The position numbers were made by a program, and so were the translations under genes. The notes beneath the pieces were generated by a model. That model was not told the origin of the DNA. It ran no database searches and worked only from the letters and a program-made list of their open reading frames with translations. A stretch of 54,234 bases of DNA, filler included, from Sphacelaria rigidula (taxonomy: Eukaryota), in assembly GCA_964200075.2 (NCBI GenBank). It is 3 parts of 3 records of this genome, joined end to end, with 100 filler letters (N's around TTAATTAATTAA, not from the genome) between each part and the next. Parts side by side here need not be neighbours in the genome. Positions count along the whole stretch, not along the records: positions 36,227 to 54,234 come from CAXNAA020000939.1; 2 more parts are not named here. One strand, 5' to 3'. Numbering within the stretch: position 1 is the first letter of the stretch; each line of letters begins with the position of its first letter. Positions 48,758-54,234 of the stretch are shown in pieces.

Positions 48758-48858
48758 TGTCCCCCCGCACCCCTCCAGGGGGGGAGAAAAAGCGGGAAGA
48801 GGAAAAGGGGGGAGGGGGGGGTGTTGNNNNNNNNNNCCGGGCGGGTGGTGGGGTGGGT

Positions 48859-48892
<34 letters not shown>

Positions 48893-49998
48893 GTGGGGGG
48901 GGGGGGGGGGGTGGTGCTCGTCCACCTTGACCTCTACAGGAGCGCAATAACAGCGGGAACGCAGATAGAGAGCAAGAGTCGGTTTCGTGACACGTGAGAG
49001 TGACCTGCTTTGCCCTTGATACGGGGGAAACTGAAACCCATTTTATGTCACATCGGTTGTCGACTTCCTTCCTTGGTTTGCAACTTTAGCGGTGTTCCCC
49101 AGCGGTGTTCCTGTACATGTTGTGCTTCGTCTCTGGGCTCATTCCCCTTTTTGCCTGTCTCCTCCTCCGCTTTCCCCCTCTGTGGCTAATTTATTTTTCT
49201 CCTTCTTCCTGCCTCCCCTTCCCTCTCTTTTTATCTCTAGGACGGTCTCCTTACCTGAAGCCGAGCGGAAGAAGACTGTCGAGTTTTCGCAGCACCGGTA
49301 CTATATCTGAGCCTTGCGGCTGTCTTGCTTCTTCCTTTCCCTTTCCCCTCCATTCGTTTTGTCCTCTTTTTTGTTCGTATCTACTTGGCTTGTTATCTCC
49401 TTTCCTTTCCATTTCCCCCTTTCTCGAGAATCGTTCAGCGAGTTCCTCCGTTTATTTATTCACTTGGGCACATCTATGTTGTGAACATCATTTTGTGAAC
49501 ACGGCTGGACTCGTCGCGCGCCAATCAGTGTGTGGCAATCAATCTATTAATCCATCAATTCCTCTGAGGGCAGGAACGTCTATGGATGCCTGATGTGTAC
49601 GAGCTTGTACCCTCTTGAGGTTTCACGAACATGCCAATAGCGCTTCGCAACAGCCTACCGGAATTGGCCAGTAATTCGCCGTGGAGGAAGCACCTTTCGA
49701 GGGACACCTTGCAGGATCTCTGATCATGCGACGCCCCGCCACTCGCGCCGCCACGGCCAGCACCACCACCATCCCTTGTCGTGGGAAGAGCAGCACCGAC
49801 GGTTCGATGATCCTCGCCTGTACCGATCGTTTCGACGTGCACGAAAACTATTTCGGGGCACTTTTTTTTGGCCGCTTCCGTGCGATCACCGCGCTTCACG
49901 CCGAATTTTCTCGCCGCGTAGTTTATTGCAATGAGTCCGTCCCACTGTTGGACGGCCAAGGGGGTGGACGTGGGGATCCCCAAACGTGTGTGTTCCAC
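41651..49998 (-). CDS. POLH: DNA polymerase eta (Y-family translesion polymerase), multi-exon; first exon not found
   Basis: PLAVQQWDGLIAINYAAR..KKKCP, KVSLERYRVAS, VERASIDEAYLD, SAGIASNKVLAKLAS..NKPNKQT, RGLGGKLG, C-terminal UBZ (CTKC..EHLDFH) and PIP box (IDSFF). Confidence 0.95.
43530..43620. repeat. Compound microsatellite (CAA)n/(CAGCAC)n
   Basis: Direct inspection. Confidence 0.9.
45373..45519 (-). CDS. POLH: POLH exon (little finger: VLQWMKLLCQELAHRI...RATKLTLQI)
   Basis: W...L..EL..R motif; acceptor in phase; donor position uncertain by a few nt. Confidence 0.82.
46367..46506 (-). CDS. POLH: POLH exon (KFGQDELAAKFGPKTGVWLWRICRGMDDEAV...PKSLSVCKSF)
   Basis: Thumb/linker motif; CAG/GTGAGT boundaries. 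Confidence 0.92.
46856..46987 (-). CDS. POLH: POLH exon (TVVPAG...LRGLGGKLGELV)
   Basis: HhH GLGGKLG motif; phase 0-0. Confidence 0.92.
47231..47416 (-). CDS. POLH: POLH exon (..LGFTVSAGIASNKVLAKLASSRNKPNKQ)
   Basis: Y-family motif IV. Confidence 0.95.
47988..48125 (-). CDS. POLH: POLH exon (NHCRRVERASIDEAYLDFT..)
   Basis: Catalytic SIDE motif. Confidence 0.95.
48537..48576 (-). CDS. POLH: POLH 40-nt micro-exon (YRVASFAIMAIFQ)
   Basis: YRxAS motif; CAG/GTGAGG boundaries; phase 2 to 0 fits. Confidence 0.88.
48718..48911. repeat. Long poly-G tracts around a 10-N gap (48827-48836)
   Basis: Direct inspection; probably low-quality sequence. Confidence 0.9.
49694..49998 (-). CDS. POLH: POLH exon (VEHTRLG..PLAVQQWDGLIAINYAAR..KVSLER)
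   Basis: Fingers/palm motifs of pol eta. Confidence 0.95.
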
Positions 49999-50252
49999 CT
50001 GCCCGGTGTAAAAACAAAAAATGAGAGTAGAAGACCCGGTCATTTCCATCCGGAACGCAAACAGCTCTATGGCAGCTCGCATCTGCCCGGAGGACTTCCA
50101 TAATCGGTTTCTGCGATGCAGCGGTGGGTCTTTTTATTCCTCGGCAGACATCAAGAGACCCTCTGGCTGACTGTCAATGACGGTTGTATCCCAAAATGAT
50201 ACGGGTCCAAGGTGAAACGGTCAACAGTACAGTCAAAGGAACTGCCTTACTA

Positions 50253-50253
<1 letters not shown>

Positions 50254-50296
<43 letters not shown>
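50254..50296. repeat. (TG)n microsatellite
   Basis: Direct inspection. Confidence 0.95.
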
Positions 50297-50299
<3 letters not shown>

Positions 50300-51894
50300 G
50301 TCACACTTTGAGCCTCCCCCTCCCCCCCGTCGTCGGTGGTCTGAAGGGATCATCCACCCGTCTCTCCCCAGCACACGCCTTGAATTTCGGTCTCGCTGAT
50401 TGGGTCAGCACTCCCGCACCGCGTCAACTCCGTCAAACAAACTCAGCCACTTACTTTTTGTTTACTCACGTACTCATGCTTTTGATGGTGGAAATCAGAT
50501 CCTTTAACCCTTTTGGGACCGGGCCTCCCGAACGACCAATGAGGCTGGCTAGGAATGACGTGTCTGGCGTCTGCACGAAGCAGTGGCTTCATGTGAAAAT
50601 CCACGTATGTAACCGCCGCATGCAGGGTTAGGAAGAAGACCGAAAAATTCAAGTTTCATCCAATCTATTTTCAGGTGCGGATCCAAACTGTCATTCGGGT
50701 GGGGTACGCATTAGGTGATATACATCTGATGAACGAGCAGTATGGGTCGCCGTAGAGAGCTTTCAACAGGATGCGGCGACCGACGGGCCGCCCGCCACTT
50801 ACAGCTTTGGATGATATCATTGTCCCCATCACCTTACCACACAGCCCTTGGTGGTCGTGGTAGACCGCGATTTCCCTCTTCGTTGCAAGCGGCAAATGCT
50901 TATTGAAGGGTATGGGCCTTGCGGCGCGCATACATACAGTACAGAACAATGCAGTGCAGTACGCCTCTCCGACTGCAGCAGCAGCTACCGCTGCATACTC
51001 CCTTGCACGTTCTGGGCAGTTCTCAGCGACGGTGATCAGCTGCCCATAGACAGCTCGTTCATGCCCGCCCACTACATACATGTTCACAGTGCTCTGCAAG
51101 TCATCGGCAGAAGGATATCCATGACGGTAGCGCATTTTGTCTGTCCACGGCCCACCTGCTTTTACTGCCTCGTGAAAATGACCACATTGTGGCATGTACA
51201 CTGCTTCCCGGTTTTTCCCACTCCACCCTGCGTTGGTGTAATTAATACGTTCTAGTATAGAATTGCGACCCCCCAAAAAAACGGAAAATCTCGGGAACGT
51301 TACACTGAATGCAAGTACTACCATAATACCAAGCTGCGACCACCCTGCATTTGGAAACCTGGGAAGGCTTATCTGGGCCAGGGATAGGACCCCCACACGA
51401 TCTTTGCAATGGCATCACACTCGACAACAATCCCGCGCTGGTCCTTCAGGTCTGGTCGATAAATCTCGTCTCGCCGTGATTGGGCAAGTCGCTCCCTGAC
51501 TTATTTTCTCATCATTTCATCAACCCTTAGACAGCGACCCCCCCGCTGGAAGACTGAGTAAGACTATCCACTTTTTGGGTTCAGAATCATTCCTTTGATA
51601 CAAACCAAGACGCCTATTCTACGGCGGAAGGGTCCGGGGGTGCATATGAGGCACATAGTTGTGAGAGTCATCACATAGGCGCCTGCAGACAGTGCAGTAG
51701 TGGTGTGGAATCTGAATAACTGCTATTATTACATTACGCTGCATAACTGTGCACAGCAGCAGCAGTCTGTAGTGTTTTGTGCCGCAGCTCCACGTACCGT
51801 CTACAGTGCACTAGACCTTACAGTTTCGCACGTGTTGAGGGTACGCAGCCTGCGTGTGTGGTATGCACCATGCCTGCCGCTGCGAATACGCTCA

Positions 51895-52074
51895 CAGCAC
51901 GTGCCGCGCTCATCGGCGCTTCTTCACTTGGACTATTGTTACTGAGAATGCTCACTGGGCAACACGATCCGCCGGCATTGAGTCCAGCACGTGTCGCGGT
52001 CATCGGCGCGATGTCAATTGGGCGATTGGTACTGAGAATTCTCTCTATGCGACGCGATCCGCTGCCATTGAGTC
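51895..52074. repeat. Two diverged 90-bp tandem units
   Basis: cagcacgtg...cattgagtc units starting at 51895 and 51985. Confidence 0.85.
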
Positions 52075-52217
52075 GCGGGCAGTACATTGTTCTACCCTTT
52101 CCCGCAGGCGCTGAGATCTTCAGGACAAATGAAAATTCATTCGCCGACCGTCGTGCGTGGCGTCAACTATTTCAAGAGAGCGACCAGGAATGTGTGAACC
52201 CACGTTCCAGAGGTCCA

Positions 52218-52296
52218 GTATCTCAAACTCGAGGTTCCCGGTATATTTGAACGTAAATTACTGTGCAATATACCAGGAACCTCGAGTTTGAGATAC
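52218..52296. repeat. 30-bp inverted repeat (29/30 match) with a 19-nt spacer
   Basis: gtatctcaaactcgaggttcccggtatatt / aatataccaggaacctcgagtttgagatac. Confidence 0.92.
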
Positions 52297-54234
52297 CTGT
52301 TCTAATGCCGATTCATTTCGACATCCGTTCATATCCCGAAAGGAATTCTCCATCCACCCTGACGTTCATAACCTCCGAGTAGAGGGGGAATTTTGAAATA
52401 GCGAATGGTGCTTTCACTTTCAAGACAAAAACATCGTCATATCGCGACCGGAGCGTGCATTAGCACCTATAGTTTATAATTACTGCGATTGTTATGCAGG
52501 TTCTCACGACCCATCTTCAACAATACCTGCTCCCGCAAATTTTCAAACCTTCTGGTCTCTGTTACCGATACTGCTGAAATAGAACCGGGTGGTCTCCGCG
52601 ACGCTAATTTGCTCGAATCTGCTTTTCGCTATGAACGTTTGATTCAGTGCAAATATGCGATTATTGCTGCGGGCAAGATGGCTGACACTATCACCATAAT
52701 TTTTCACGGTTCGGACGAATCATCGCAAGTTCGAATCACCGAACCCACGCTTTTTGCAGGCCTGACTGCTCAACAGAGAGAAAAATCTTGACCGCTGGTC
52801 CAAAAGGTCTCCACGCAAATTTTGCATCATTTTAAGTGCCTGGGCAGCGCGTACCTGGGTTGCGACGCTGAAAAAAAAGCCTAGGGATTGATTCGTACGG
52901 TACGAATCAATTACACTAAAACCAAGTAATATCCGGACAAATCGTTAATTCGTCCGACCCTTGTAATTTTTCGTTGGATTGAAGACCTTGACCACAGCGG
53001 GCGAATTATGATGTAGGATGAAAGCAAGTCTCCCAATTACGGCGGGGGACCCCTCGCCGGGGGAGGGGGGGAAGGGGGCGTCCTTATTTTTTGCTTCCTT
53101 CAGTCGTCCGGGAGGGGTGGGGCATTGTTCATGAGAGTCCCACGGCTGTGGTAATATGGCGCCGGATTGCACCGACACCAGAATAATGCACAGCTGACAA
53201 CAAGCCGGCACACGAAGCCCCATCGATGCATACCCGAAAATGTTCCGCATCGTCCACGCCGAAGAGGTGCCCACCGGGCACAAGGCATCCGATTCTCGCC
53301 AGTCGATGAGTGGATAGCTTCGAAGGCGAGACGGACGCTCGCCAACCACTTAAACCCCCGTAATTTTAGAGGTCACAGAAGCCGATCTAAGAAAACATCT
53401 GAACACGCGCCAGGATCAATCGCCTGTCGGCGGAGTAACCGCCGGGTGGAGAAACCGTGACCCTGCGTGGGTGCCGCAGCAAAGCACGGCACGGGAACAC
53501 TCGGATGCCAAAAGTGCACAAATGAAAAAGGTCGGACCGCGGAACGATTGCTACTGAAATATTCGCACAGGTCCTCCAAGGATCAAGCAGAGGAAACGCA
53601 AAAACGTCGTCGTTAAACAAACAGTCTCTGCGCCGTCGCTTCGGCGCGTTTCGTCGTGAACCGAAACCCGAGTCGTATGGCGAAAATTAAAAACAAAACA
53701 CAAGACCGAAAACCCAAACGATCACAGGCAAAGCATATTTGTAGACCTCACTATCACAGGTGTAAACCACACACCCCCAGCCCCCAAGAGACCGAGATAC
53801 TATACTTACAATCACAGACACCGACAACAAAGAACACACACAGAGAAAGGCTACAAAATACGAAGAAAGCCGAGAAGAAGGACAAAAACAAATCAGCCCG
53901 CCGAACACCGCGCCACAGAGGACAACTGAACCACGCAAAACGAGGAGCCTCGTACCCAGAACCCACGGCCCAAGTCCGCGACTCAGTGGGCAAAACAGGG
54001 GTACCTTTTGTGCGATGTGCGCCGAATTTAGCACACGAATCCATACTCCGGCATGGAGCGCAACACATCCGCAAACCCCGACAGCAGCCGTCCTCACGGT
54101 TCGCTGCCGCCCCCAACACCACAACGCGTCGGCGCCGACATGTGGAGATAACGAATTCACCACGACCACAGAAGGATGTAAAATTCGTCGTGACAGGCGG
54201 GTAGGAACCGTCACCCCAACTTCCGGCGGGGCAG

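Noticed and set aside
48566..48950. Poly-Pro / poly-Gly ORFs
   Set aside because: Translations of poly-G tracts spanning an N gap.
52489..52791. Fic/Doc toxin suggested by GGLRDANLLESA
   Set aside because: No HPFxDGNxR motif follows; likely chance.
54110..54160. POLH first exon (HVGADALWC resembles HIDMDCFYC)
   Set aside because: The catalytic Asp is absent and there is no suitable phase-0 donor.
53656..54204. 182-aa Lys/Arg-rich ORF
   Set aside because: Reflects A/C-biased low-complexity sequence; open on both strands with no motif.

Overview
Eukaryotic, intron-rich genomic DNA. Gene structure and repeat content suggest a stramenopile, probably a brown alga (inference). The window is three contigs joined by artificial 100-nt spacers (N44-TTAATTAATTAA-N44 at 18018-18117 and 36127-36226), so adjacency across them is unproven. 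Contig 1 carries most of a minus-strand RICTOR (TORC2 scaffold) gene. I reconstructed 20 exons with a ~350-aa lineage-specific insertion, a likely GC-AG intron and an apparently damaged or incomplete 5' part. Contig 2 is a nest of decayed transposons: a Ty1/copia element, a second LTR element inserted in its 3' LTR, a probable intron-containing KDZ/Zisupton-like transposase remnant, and a chromodomain Ty3/gypsy element interrupted by MITEs. Contig 3 has a SINE/MITE/solo-LTR/foldback cluster and a minus-strand DNA polymerase eta gene (8 exons found, first exon not located). The most notable observations are four MITEs of 252-262 bp with GAG/GAC termini and 4-bp TSDs (Sola2-like), the KDZ-like remnant, and the RICTOR insertion. 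All homology calls come from motif recognition by eye; no searches were run.
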